Source of the DNA: Rhodospirillaceae bacterium
Lineage (GTDB): Bacteria; Pseudomonadota; Alphaproteobacteria; SHVZ01
Length of the DNA: 64,000 bases
Assembly (NCBI GenBank): GCA_016792585.1
Contig: JAEULB010000165.1
Location: forward strand, 4,337-68,336
Direction of reading: 5' to 3'
The notes under the pieces are model-generated. The model searched no databases and was not told where the DNA came from. It saw only the letters and a list, made by a program, of their open reading frames with translations. This document shows positions 1-9,158 of this stretch, piece by piece. The position numbers and the translations under genes are program-made. Positions within the stretch are counted from its first letter, which is position 1. Each line of letters opens with the position of its first letter.

Positions 1-660
1 GGTATAGAGACGCTGCGGCATGTCGCCGACGCTGGCGAACCACTCCTGGATCGTGGCGTAGAGCTTGGATGGCCTCGGGTTGGTGATGATCGGATAGGCC
101 TTGAGGTCGGACGGCGTCAGCGCGCGCGACGGGAGGTCCAGGCCGCGACCGGCGACCCAGGCGAGGTCCAGGTCCTCCAGCGGCTCGACCGCGATGTCGG
201 GGCTGAGCTCCGGTTCGGTCAGGATCGCGAAATCGAGCTGGCCCGCCTGCAGCTTGCGGTCAAGGTTGGCCGAGAAGTCGATGACGATCTCGAACTCGGC
301 CGCCGGGTATGCCTTCTCGACCCGCGCCAGCAACGCCGGCATGTGAGTCAGCGCGAAGGAGTCGGCGAAGCCCATCCTGATCGGTCCGCGCAGCGTCTTC
401 GCCGGATCGGCCTGGTCTTCGAGCGCGCGGGCGAGGGTGAGGATCTGCTCGGCATGCCGAACGGTCTGCATGCCGAGGTCGGTCAGTCGAGGGCGGTAGT
501 CGTCGCGATGGAACAGCGAGCCGCCGAGCTGACGCTCGAGCTCGCGGATGCGGCCGGAGATTGCCGGCTGGCTGACGTTCAGCTGATGCGCGGCGGCGCG
601 GAAGCTGCCGAGGCGCGCGATCCAAACCAGCGCCTCAACCTGGTCGAGGCTGATCCTCAT
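1..660 (-). CDS. LysR-family transcriptional regulator; C-terminus cut by the window edge, about 220 N-terminal aa present
   Basis: Absent from the ORF track because there is no stop inside the window. Manual reverse translation from the ATG (complement of 660-658) gives MRISLDQVEALVWIARLGSFRAAAHQLNVSQPAISGRIRELERQLGGSLFHR..., a classic LysR winged-HTH followed by a co-inducer domain. AGGA-type SD upstream. Confidence 0.85.
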   Translation of the reverse strand, partial: MRISLDQVEALVWIARLGSFRAAAHQLNVSQPAISGRIRELERQLGGSLFHRDDYRPRLTDLGMQTVRHAEQILTLARALEDQADPAKTLRGPIRMGFADSFALTHMPALLARVEKAYPAAEFEIVIDFSANLDRKLQAGQLDFAILTEPELSPDIAVEPLEDLDLAWVAGRGLDLPSRALTPSDLKAYPIITNPRPSKLYATIQEWFASVGDMPQRLYT

Positions 661-673
661 GATCCGTCCTGCC

Positions 674-686
674 GATCATCATGATC
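674..686. promoter_or_regulatory. 13-bp perfect palindrome GATCATCATGATC; candidate LysR-type operator in the divergent LysR/TRAP spacer
   Basis: Read directly. Arms GATCAT/ATGATC around a central C, 14 nt upstream of the LysR ATG. Confidence 0.3.
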
Positions 687-817
687 CCGATTTCCAATTA
701 CATCTTATCGTTTTCCTCCGCTAGCCTATCCTTGAACAAAAGAAACATGTGGCCGGAGAGGTGAAATTCCTCCCGTCCATGGGAGCGCGTTCACCACGAA
801 CCAGGAGGAACTGGGAG

Positions 818-1810
818 ATGACTAGGTTGGGGCTTCTCGTCGGAGCGGCACTGCTCGGGTTCGCCTGGCAGGCGTCCGCGCAGCAGATCACGTTCAGGCT
901 CGGGACCGTCGACCCGCAGACGGCCCATTCGGGTGTGGGCGCCGATGCCTTCGCTGCCGCCGTGGACCGTTTGTCGCAGGGCCAGATGAAGGTCCAGGTC
1001 TTCCATGCCGGCCAGCTCGGCCCGATCCCCGAGCAGCAGCGCAACGTGCTCGCCGGCACCCAGGACATGCACCTGCTCTATCCGGAGTTCCTCACAACGC
1101 TAATCGACGAGACCCGGATCATCTCGGCTCCCTACGTCTTCACCTCGCACGCACATCAGGCGAACTTCCTCAAGAGCGACGCCTTCAAGCCCGGCCTCGA
1201 CAAGCTTCGGAGCCTCGGCGCCATCGTCCTCGACGAGGACTGGACCTGGTGGCAGATGGATCCGCGCGGCGTCATCAGCGTCCGTCCCATCAAGACTCCG
1301 GCCGACATGCAGGGGCTCAAGCTCAGGATCTGGGAGTCCAAGGTCGCGATCGACACCTGGAAGGGCCTCGGCGCCAACACGATCGTCGTGCCGCGCCCCG
1401 AGATGTACCTCGCGTTCAAGCAGGGGATCATCGAGGCCGGCCCGGAGACCATCGGCATCGCCTATGACGGCAAGAATGCGGAGATCGGCAAGTTCTGGAC
1501 GCGGACCGACGAGTACTACCAGGTCGTGAACATCATGATGAACCAGCGGAAGTGGGCGGGCTTGACCGACGCGCAGAAGAAGATCCTGGCCGAGGCCGCA
1601 AAGGTCGGCGGCGCCGCCTACAAGGCGGAGTCGGCGCGCGGCTTCACCGAGAAGCGCGGCAAGGCCGAGAAGGAGATGGGCGTCACCGTTCTCGAGCCGG
1701 ATCTCGGTCCGTGGCGCGAGAAGGCCAAGGCGATCAACGCTGCTCTTGAAGCGGACGGCACGATCCCGAAGGGTCTGGCCGCGAAGGTCGCCGCGATCCC
1801 GGCGCAGTGA
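818..1810 (+). CDS. TRAP transporter solute-binding protein (DctP family)
   Basis: ORF 749..1810. Start moved to ATG 818: SD AGGAGG lies 9 nt upstream and the signal peptide is MTRLGLLVGAALLGFAWQASAQ. Followed by DctQ/DctM-type genes. Confidence 0.9.
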   Translation: MTRLGLLVGAALLGFAWQASAQQITFRLGTVDPQTAHSGVGADAFAAAVDRLSQGQMKVQVFHAGQLGPIPEQQRNVLAGTQDMHLLYPEFLTTLIDETRIISAPYVFTSHAHQANFLKSDAFKPGLDKLRSLGAIVLDEDWTWWQMDPRGVISVRPIKTPADMQGLKLRIWESKVAIDTWKGLGANTIVVPRPEMYLAFKQGIIEAGPETIGIAYDGKNAEIGKFWTRTDEYYQVVNIMMNQRKWAGLTDAQKKILAEAAKVGGAAYKAESARGFTEKRGKAEKEMGVTVLEPDLGPWREKAKAINAALEADGTIPKGLAAKVAAIPAQ

Positions 1811-2337
1811 GCCTCGAGCCTGAGACGAAGCGGGGGACGCTCGATCGCGTCCTCCGCTCTTATCTTGTCGCAAGCAAGCGGGTCGTCCTGATCGTATCGA
1901 TCGCGTTCCTCGCCCTTATGGTCGCGATCAACGGGATCGAGATCGTCGGCCGCGGCCTGTTCGGCCGCAGCTTCGTCTGGGTCCAGGAAATCTCGATCAT
2001 GTCGGCGATGTGGGTGTACTTCTTCGCCTATGGCCTGATTGCCAAGGACGAGGAGTACATCCGCGTCGATCTCTTCGCGACCTTCGCCGGTCCGGCGGCG
2101 AAGGCGGCGGTCGCGCTGTTCGCGCGCCTCGCGACGATCGCCTTCCACGCGACCGTGCTCTGGTTCGGGATCGAGGCCTGGCGTTTCTTGGGGCTGTTCC
2201 GGACCAGCATCCTCGACTGGCCGGAGTCGCTGTTCGTCCTGCCGATCCTGATCGGGGCGGCCGACATCCTGATCACCGAATGCATCCATCTTCGGACGAG
2301 CCTTCTCGGCCCGAAGCCGAAACCGAAGCGCGCCTGA
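1807..2337 (+). CDS. TRAP transporter small permease (DctQ family)
   Basis: 176-aa hydrophobic protein. GTG start overlaps the upstream stop (GTGA). Position between DctP and DctM. Confidence 0.8.
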   Translation: MSLEPETKRGTLDRVLRSYLVASKRVVLIVSIAFLALMVAINGIEIVGRGLFGRSFVWVQEISIMSAMWVYFFAYGLIAKDEEYIRVDLFATFAGPAAKAAVALFARLATIAFHATVLWFGIEAWRFLGLFRTSILDWPESLFVLPILIGAADILITECIHLRTSLLGPKPKPKRA

Positions 2338-2340
2338 TCC

Positions 2341-3624
2341 GTGGCGACCTTGGTCATGATCGCGATCCTGCTGGCGCTGATGCCGCTGCGCGTGCCGGTC
2401 TGCGCGGTGATGGGAATCTCGGCGGTCGCCGGCCTCGTCATGCTCGACATGCCGGTCAGCACCCTGGTCCGCTACATGGCGACCGACGTGCGCTCGGTGC
2501 CGCTGCTGGCGATCCCGTTCTTCATCCTCGCTGGCAACCTGATGAACCACTTCGACATGACGAAGCGGATCTTCGAGTTCCTGGAAGCGCTGGTGGGATA
2601 CTTCTCAGGCGGATTGGCCCAGGCCGCGGTGCTGACGACGCTGGTCTTCGGCGGTATCTCGGGCTCGGCGTTGGCGACCATCGCCGGGATCGGCGTGATC
2701 ACGATCCACGCGATGCGGCGCGCGGGATACCGGCCGGAGTTCGCGGCTTCGCTGGTGGTCGCGGGATCGCTGATGGATCCGCTGATCCCGCCCTCGATCA
2801 TGTTCATCCTCTACGCCGTCCAGATGAACGTCTCGATCGCCGACCTGTTCGTCGCCGGCATCATCCCGGGCGTGCTGCTCGGCGTACTGCTGATGCTCAA
2901 CAACGTCGCGCTCTCGAAGCTCGGCATCGAGAAGTTCCCGCCGCCGGAAAAGCCTTCGTTCGAGCGGCTGGTACGAACCTTCTGGCGCGGGCTGCCGGCC
3001 CTGCTGACGCCGATCGTGATCCTCCGCAGCATGACCACCGGCTGGGTCACGCCGACCGAAGCCAGCGTGCTCGCCGTCCTCTACACGCTGCTGCTCGGCG
3101 TCGTGCACCGCGAGATCACCTGGGTGCGGCTGACGCGCGCCTTCGACGACACGGTGCGCGCGACCGCGCTGATCATGTTCCTGACCGCGCTCGGCAGCGT
3201 CATGGGCTTCGTCATGACCTCCGAGCGCACCGCCGAGACCGTCGCCCACTGGATGGTCTCCTTCACCGACAGCAAGTACGTGGTGCTCGCCCTGGTCGTG
3301 CTGGCGCTGCTGATCCTCGGCATATTCCTGGAGGCGGTGCCGGTGCTGCTGATTTCTGTCCCGCTGTTCGGGCCGCTGGTCGTGGGTTACGGCGTCGACC
3401 CGGTCCATTTCGGCGTCGTGCTGACCTTTGCGATCCTGCTCGGCATCGTCCATCCGCCGATCGGGCTTGGGATATTCGCGGTCTGCGCCATCACCAAGCT
3501 GCCGATGGGGCCGGTGGTCCGCGCCACGCTGCTGTTCTATCCGGTGCTGCTGATCTGCCTGCTGCTGCTCACCTTCATCCCGGCGCTGTCGACATGGCTT
3601 CCGACCGTGATGGTGACCAAGTGA
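2341..3624 (+). CDS. TRAP transporter large permease (DctM family)
   Basis: 427-aa polytopic membrane protein with typical DctM length and sequence character (LAGNLMN, GGISGSALAT). Confidence 0.9.
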   Translation: MATLVMIAILLALMPLRVPVCAVMGISAVAGLVMLDMPVSTLVRYMATDVRSVPLLAIPFFILAGNLMNHFDMTKRIFEFLEALVGYFSGGLAQAAVLTTLVFGGISGSALATIAGIGVITIHAMRRAGYRPEFAASLVVAGSLMDPLIPPSIMFILYAVQMNVSIADLFVAGIIPGVLLGVLLMLNNVALSKLGIEKFPPPEKPSFERLVRTFWRGLPALLTPIVILRSMTTGWVTPTEASVLAVLYTLLLGVVHREITWVRLTRAFDDTVRATALIMFLTALGSVMGFVMTSERTAETVAHWMVSFTDSKYVVLALVVLALLILGIFLEAVPVLLISVPLFGPLVVGYGVDPVHFGVVLTFAILLGIVHPPIGLGIFAVCAITKLPMGPVVRATLLFYPVLLICLLLLTFIPALSTWLPTVMVTK

Positions 3625-3709
3625 TCCAGGCTCCCGATCAACATCGATCCTCATTTCAAATGACACCTTGTCGGCGTCCTCCTTTAGCTTGGGCTTGGTG
3701 AACCAGGAC

Positions 3710-5803
3710 ATGAAGAGCATGGCGGAGCGGGTCGGCTATCGCATCGGCATCGACATCGGCGGCACCTTCACCGATCTGGCGCTGCTCGGCACCGACGGGT
3801 CGCTGATCACGCGCAAGGTCTCCTCGACGCCAGACGACTATGGCCGCGGCATCGCCGACGGCATCGTCGAGCTGTTGCGCGAGCTGAGCCTCAAGCCGAG
3901 CGACATCGTCGACCTGGTCCATGCCTCGACCATCGCCACCAACGCGATCCTCGAGCAGAAGGGCGCGGCGACCGCGTTGATCACCACGCGCGGCTTCCGC
4001 GACGTGCTGGAGCTGCGCCGGCTCCGCATCCCGGTTCTCTACGATCTGCAATACGACAAGCCGCCGCCGCTGGTGCCGCGTCACCTCCGCTTCGAGATCG
4101 ACGAGCGGATGGCCGCCGGCGGCAGGGTGAAGCAGCCGCTCGATCATGCTTCCGTCGAGGCCGCGGCCGCGGAGATCGCAAAGAGCGGCGTCAAGGCGCT
4201 GGCGGTCACGCTGCTTCACTCCTACGCGAACGCGGATCACGAGCGTGCGGTCGTCGAGGCGCTCCGCGCGAAGCTGCCCGACGATGTTTTCGTGACCTGC
4301 TCGGCCGATATCCTGCCTGAGATCCGCGAGTACGAGCGCACCAGCACGACGGTCATCAACGCCTATGTCGGCCCGGTGGTGCGTAGCTATCTGGGCGCGC
4401 TCGCCGGCAAGCTGAAAGGGCTCGGGATATCGGCACCGCTGACCGTGATGCAGTCGAATGGCGGCGTGATGACCGCCGATGCGGCGGTCAGGAAGCCGGC
4501 CTATATCGTCGAGTCCGGGCCGGCGGCCGGCGTGATCGCCTGCGCCCATCTCGCCCGCAGGCTCGGCCGCGCCAACGTGATCTCCTTCGACATGGGCGGC
4601 ACCACCGCCAAGGCGGCGATGATCGAGGATGGCGAGGCAGCGCGTACCACCGAATACGAGGTCGGCGCCGGGATAAACCTGTCGAGCAAGCTGGTGAAGG
4701 GCGGGGGATACCCGATCAAGCTTCCCTTCATCGACGTATCCGAGATCGGCGCCGGCGGCGGCAGCATCGTGAACATCGACGATGCAGGCACGCTCAAGGT
4801 CGGCCCGCAAAGCGCCGGGGCGGTACCGGGTCCCATGTGCTACGGCCTCGGCGGCGAGCGGCCGACCTTCACCGATGCGATGGTGGTACTGGGCTATCTC
4901 AACCCGGTCGCGATCGCCGGCGGGCGGGTGAAGCTCGACGCCGCCCGCGCCCACGCCGCGATCGAGGCGGAGGTGGCGAGGCCGCTCGGCCTCAAGATCG
5001 CCGAGGCAGCGCATGGCGTCTACACGCTGGCGGCGGCAACCATGACCCGTGCGGTCAAGGCGGTGACCACATATCGCGGCCGCGACCCCAGAGACTTTGC
5101 GCTGGTTGCCTTCGGCGGCAACGGCCCGATCACCGCGGTCGAGATCGCCCGCGCGCTCGAGATCAAGGATGTTCTGATCCCGCCGGCACCAGGCGTATTC
5201 TCGGCGCTGGGCCTCCTGGTCTCGGCGACCGAGCACAGTGCCGTCCGCACCTTCGTCCGCGAGGTCGATGCGCTGAAGCTCGCCGATATCGAGGCGGCGA
5301 GCCGCGCGCTCGAAGGCGAGGTCATGCAGGCCTTTGCCGCCGAGGGCCATGACGTGAAGAAGGTGGAGCTTCTGCGCACGGCCGAACTCCGTTACGTCGG
5401 CCAGGCATACGAGCTGCCGGTTACCCTGGCGCCGGGCTCGATCGACCTGGGGGCGATGCGTTCGGCCTTCGATGCCGAGCATGCGCGCACCTACGGCCAC
5501 TCATCGCCGGGCGACCCTGTCGACCTGATCAGCCTCAAGGTGATGGGGCGGCTCGCCGCCGGCGACGGCGAGTTCGACCGCTGGTCGCTGGCCTCCAAGC
5601 CGGCCTCGGCCGGCTCCCGGAAAGCCTTCTTCGGTGCGGCCGGCTGGCACGACACGCCCGTGGTCTCGCGCGCCGACCTCGCCGGGAGGAAGCGACAGGG
5701 GCCGGTGATCGTCGAGGAGTACGATTCCACCTGCGTGATCCCGCCTGGCTGCATGGTTGGGCTCGATCCGCTCGGCAACATCGCGGTCGAGGTGACGCCA
5801 TGA
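3710..5803 (+). CDS. hyuA: Hydantoinase/oxoprolinase family, subunit A (N-methylhydantoinase A / acetone-carboxylase-beta-like, ATP-dependent)
   Basis: ORF 3668..5803. N-terminal GIDIGGTFTD sugar-kinase/actin-fold motif, about 690 aa. Start chosen at ATG 3710; 3719 is also possible. Confidence 0.9.
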   Translation: MKSMAERVGYRIGIDIGGTFTDLALLGTDGSLITRKVSSTPDDYGRGIADGIVELLRELSLKPSDIVDLVHASTIATNAILEQKGAATALITTRGFRDVLELRRLRIPVLYDLQYDKPPPLVPRHLRFEIDERMAAGGRVKQPLDHASVEAAAAEIAKSGVKALAVTLLHSYANADHERAVVEALRAKLPDDVFVTCSADILPEIREYERTSTTVINAYVGPVVRSYLGALAGKLKGLGISAPLTVMQSNGGVMTADAAVRKPAYIVESGPAAGVIACAHLARRLGRANVISFDMGGTTAKAAMIEDGEAARTTEYEVGAGINLSSKLVKGGGYPIKLPFIDVSEIGAGGGSIVNIDDAGTLKVGPQSAGAVPGPMCYGLGGERPTFTDAMVVLGYLNPVAIAGGRVKLDAARAHAAIEAEVARPLGLKIAEAAHGVYTLAAATMTRAVKAVTTYRGRDPRDFALVAFGGNGPITAVEIARALEIKDVLIPPAPGVFSALGLLVSATEHSAVRTFVREVDALKLADIEAASRALEGEVMQAFAAEGHDVKKVELLRTAELRYVGQAYELPVTLAPGSIDLGAMRSAFDAEHARTYGHSSPGDPVDLISLKVMGRLAAGDGEFDRWSLASKPASAGSRKAFFGAAGWHDTPVVSRADLAGRKRQGPVIVEEYDSTCVIPPGCMVGLDPLGNIAVEVTP

Positions 5804-7536
5804 CCGACCGCCGTCTCGATCCGATCACCTTCGAGGTGGTCAAGAACGCACTGTCATCGATCGCCGACGAGATGGCCCTGGTGATCATGCGAAGCGCCTA
5901 TTCGCCGGTGGTCCGCGACTCGATGGACTACTCGACCGCGCTTTGCGACCGCCACGGCCAGATCATCGCCCAGGGTCTCACGCTCGCGGTCCAGCTCGGC
6001 GCCTTTCCCGACGGCATGCGCCACCTGCTGGCGCAGTACGGCAACGACGTGAAGGAAGGCGACATCTTCATCTTCAACGATCCGTACGGTTCCGGCGGTC
6101 AGCATCTGCCTGATATCTACGTGATCAAGCCGGTGTTCCACGAAGGCGCGCTCGAAGGCTGGGCCTGCACGATGGCGCATCACTCGGATGTCGGCGGCAT
6201 TACGCCGGGATCGACGGCGATGCATGCGACCGAGATCCTGCAGGAAGGCTTGTGCCTGCCGACGCTCAAGCTCTACGACGCCGGCAAGCCGAACACGACG
6301 CTGCTAAAGATCATCGAGAAGAACACCCGCCAGCCGGTACAGGTGCTGGGCGATCTCAAGGCACAGCTCGCGGCCTGCTCGATCGGCGAGCGCGGATACC
6401 TGCGGCTCCTGCAGAAGTACGGCGCCGCGGCGCTGCATCCCTATCTCGATGAGCTTCAGGATCAGGCCGAGCGGATGATGCGCGCGGTGATCCGCGACAT
6501 TCCCGACGGCACCTATCGCTTCGATGATTGGATCGATGGTCTCGGCGACACGCCGGAGCCGATCCGGATCGCGGTCGCCGTGACGGTCAAGGGCGACGAG
6601 GTCGACATCGACATGGCCGGCACCTCCGGCCAGGTGCAGGCGGCGATCAACTGCCCGATCTCGATGGTGAACTCGGTCGCCTATTGCGCGATCCGCTGCA
6701 TGACCTCGACCGGCATCCCGAACTGCCAGGGCTACATGCGGCCGATCAAGATCCGCGCGCCCGAAGGCACGATCGTCAACCCGCTGTCGCCGGCCGCCTG
6801 CGCCGCCCGCGGCGTCATCGGCTATCGCGTCTTCGATGCGATCGTCGGTGCGCTGGCCCAGGTGGTGCCGGACAAGGTGATCGCCGGCGGCGAGGGTGGG
6901 CCGACGCTGCTGTCGATCGGCGGCCGCCACAAGAACAAGGCCTTCGTGCTGACCGAGGTCATGGTCGGCAACTGGGGCGCCCGCGCCACCAAGGACGGCG
7001 TCGAAGGCATCTCGAACCCCGCCGCCAACCTCTCCAACCAGCCGGTCGAACTGATCGAGGCGGAGCTGCCGCTCGAGATCAACCACTACGCCCTGGTGCC
7101 GGATTCCGGCGGCGCGGGGCGTCAGCGCGGCGGGCTGGCTTTCTCTCGTGAGTACCGGCTGACGGCCGACGAGGCGGTGTTCACACTCCGCTCTGACCGT
7201 CGCGATCACCCGCCCTACGGCATCGCCGAGGGGCGTGCCGGCAGCCCGTCCAAGAACCTGCTGACCCATAGCGGCAAGACCGAAGTCCTGCCGACCATGC
7301 CGATGAAGGCGATGAACCTGAAGAAGGGCGACGTGTTCCGGCACATCTCAGCCGGCGGCGGCGGCTATGGCGACCCGCAGGTTCGCGATGCCGAGCTGGT
7401 GCTTGCCGACGTGGTCGCGGGTAAGGTCTCTCCCCAGGCCGCGCGCGACATCTATGGTGTCGTGATCGAAGGCGGCAAGGTCGACGCGGCGGCGACGGCT
7501 CGGCAGCGCTCGGCGCTCCGGACCGCGGCACAGTAG
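5800..7536 (+). CDS. hyuB: Hydantoinase B/oxoprolinase family, subunit B
   Basis: 578 aa. DPITFEVVKNALSSIADEMALVIMRSAYSPVVRD is typical of HyuB. ATGA overlap with hyuA. Confidence 0.9.
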   Translation: MTDRRLDPITFEVVKNALSSIADEMALVIMRSAYSPVVRDSMDYSTALCDRHGQIIAQGLTLAVQLGAFPDGMRHLLAQYGNDVKEGDIFIFNDPYGSGGQHLPDIYVIKPVFHEGALEGWACTMAHHSDVGGITPGSTAMHATEILQEGLCLPTLKLYDAGKPNTTLLKIIEKNTRQPVQVLGDLKAQLAACSIGERGYLRLLQKYGAAALHPYLDELQDQAERMMRAVIRDIPDGTYRFDDWIDGLGDTPEPIRIAVAVTVKGDEVDIDMAGTSGQVQAAINCPISMVNSVAYCAIRCMTSTGIPNCQGYMRPIKIRAPEGTIVNPLSPAACAARGVIGYRVFDAIVGALAQVVPDKVIAGGEGGPTLLSIGGRHKNKAFVLTEVMVGNWGARATKDGVEGISNPAANLSNQPVELIEAELPLEINHYALVPDSGGAGRQRGGLAFSREYRLTADEAVFTLRSDRRDHPPYGIAEGRAGSPSKNLLTHSGKTEVLPTMPMKAMNLKKGDVFRHISAGGGGYGDPQVRDAELVLADVVAGKVSPQAARDIYGVVIEGGKVDAAATARQRSALRTAAQ

Positions 7537-7546
7537 GACCTAGTCA

Positions 7547-9139
7547 ATGGCGCTCTCCCTGATCCTGCGCAGTGGCACCGTCTATGACGGCACCGGCAAG
7601 CCCGCGGTCATCGCCGATGTCGCGATCGAAGACGGCAAGATCGCCGCGATCGGCAGGATCGATGGCAAAGCCGAGCGCGAGATCGATGCCAAGGGCCTGG
7701 CGGTCGCACCGGGGTTCATCGACATCCACAGCCACTCCGACTACACGCTGCTCTTGGATCCCCGCGCGGTCAGCGCCGTGCATCAGGGCGTGACGCTCGA
7801 GGTGATCGGCAATTGCGGCTTCGGCTGCGGACCGATCCGTCGGCCGGATCTCGCTCCGCAGGCGATCTACGGCTTCGACGGCAGCGTAGAGCTCTCCTGG
7901 AAGACGCTGGGCGGCTATCTCGACCGGCTTTCCTCGGTGAAGCCGGCGGTCAACGTGATCACGCTGGTGCCGAACGGTCAGCTCCGCCTCTCGACGATCG
8001 GCCTCTCCGACCAGCCGGCCAATCGCGAGCAGGTCTCGGCGATGCAGGATCTGCTGCGCGAGGGACTCTCCGACGGCGCCATCGGCTATTCGACCGGCCT
8101 CGAATACGCGACCGAGGTCGGCTGCGGCGAGGAAGAGCTGACCGCGCTCGCAAAGGTCGCCGGTAAGGCCGACGGTCTTTACGCGACGCATACCCGCGAC
8201 CGTGCCGCCAAGGCGCTGGAAGCGATCGAAGAAGGTATCCGTACCGGCCGCAACGCCGAGGTGCGGACCCAGGTCTCGCATCTGGTGCCCCGCAATACCG
8301 CCGATGGCGTGTTCGAGCGCTCGATCGAGCTGGTCGAGAAGGCGCGTGCCGGCGGCCAGGACGTGCGCTTCGACATGCACACGCGCCTCTACGGCACGAC
8401 CATGCTGCACACGATGCTGCCGCCCTGGGCCGGTGCCGGCGGCAAGGAGGCGGCGCGCGCCAACCTGCGCTCGAAGGAGGCGCGGCAGAAGATGCGGCAG
8501 TACCAGAGCATCCTCTCCAGCGTCGGCGACTGGAACCGCGTGGTCCTGCTCGACCTGCCGATCATGTCGGAGTATTCGCGGCGCAGTCTCGCGGACGTCG
8601 CGAAGGAGCGGGGCCAGGACGCCTATGACGCCGCCTTCGACATCATCGAGGCGACCTTAGACCTGCCGCGAAGCCCGATGGTAATCCTGCTGACATATAC
8701 CGAGAGGCAGCAGCAGGCGGTGTTCAGCCATTCGCTCTGCATGCCGGCATCGGATGCCACGACCCTTGCGCCGGATGGACCGCTCGGCGGCGCGGTCTTC
8801 CACGGCGCCTATACCTGGGCCTCGTGGTTCTGGCGCTTCATGGTGCGCGACACCAAGGCGCTTACCCCGGAAGACGCTGTCCACCGGATGACCGGCCTTC
8901 CGGCGGCGGTGCTCGACATCACAGATCGCGGCGTGCTCAAGCCCGGTGCGCGGGCTGATATTGCTGTCTTCGATCCGGCAACCTTCGGCGAGCGCGGCAC
9001 GACCTTCGAGCCGAACCTGCTGGCGACCGGCATGAAGCATGTCGTGGTCAACGGCGTGCTGACGCTCGCCGACGGCAAGCTGACCGGCCATCGCGGTGGC
9101 GAGGTGCTGCGCCGCAAGGGACAGCCGATCACGTTCTAG
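7547..9139 (+). CDS. N-acyl-D-amino-acid deacylase (D-aminoacylase) family amidohydrolase
   Basis: 530 aa. N-terminus ILRSGTVYDGTGKP...VAIEDGKIAAIG...GFIDIHSHSD matches the D-aminoacylase-type metal-dependent amidohydrolase pattern. Confidence 0.85.
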   Translation: MALSLILRSGTVYDGTGKPAVIADVAIEDGKIAAIGRIDGKAEREIDAKGLAVAPGFIDIHSHSDYTLLLDPRAVSAVHQGVTLEVIGNCGFGCGPIRRPDLAPQAIYGFDGSVELSWKTLGGYLDRLSSVKPAVNVITLVPNGQLRLSTIGLSDQPANREQVSAMQDLLREGLSDGAIGYSTGLEYATEVGCGEEELTALAKVAGKADGLYATHTRDRAAKALEAIEEGIRTGRNAEVRTQVSHLVPRNTADGVFERSIELVEKARAGGQDVRFDMHTRLYGTTMLHTMLPPWAGAGGKEAARANLRSKEARQKMRQYQSILSSVGDWNRVVLLDLPIMSEYSRRSLADVAKERGQDAYDAAFDIIEATLDLPRSPMVILLTYTERQQQAVFSHSLCMPASDATTLAPDGPLGGAVFHGAYTWASWFWRFMVRDTKALTPEDAVHRMTGLPAAVLDITDRGVLKPGARADIAVFDPATFGERGTTFEPNLLATGMKHVVVNGVLTLADGKLTGHRGGEVLRRKGQPITF

Positions 9140-9158
9140 AGCTTGAGGGGAGGGGACG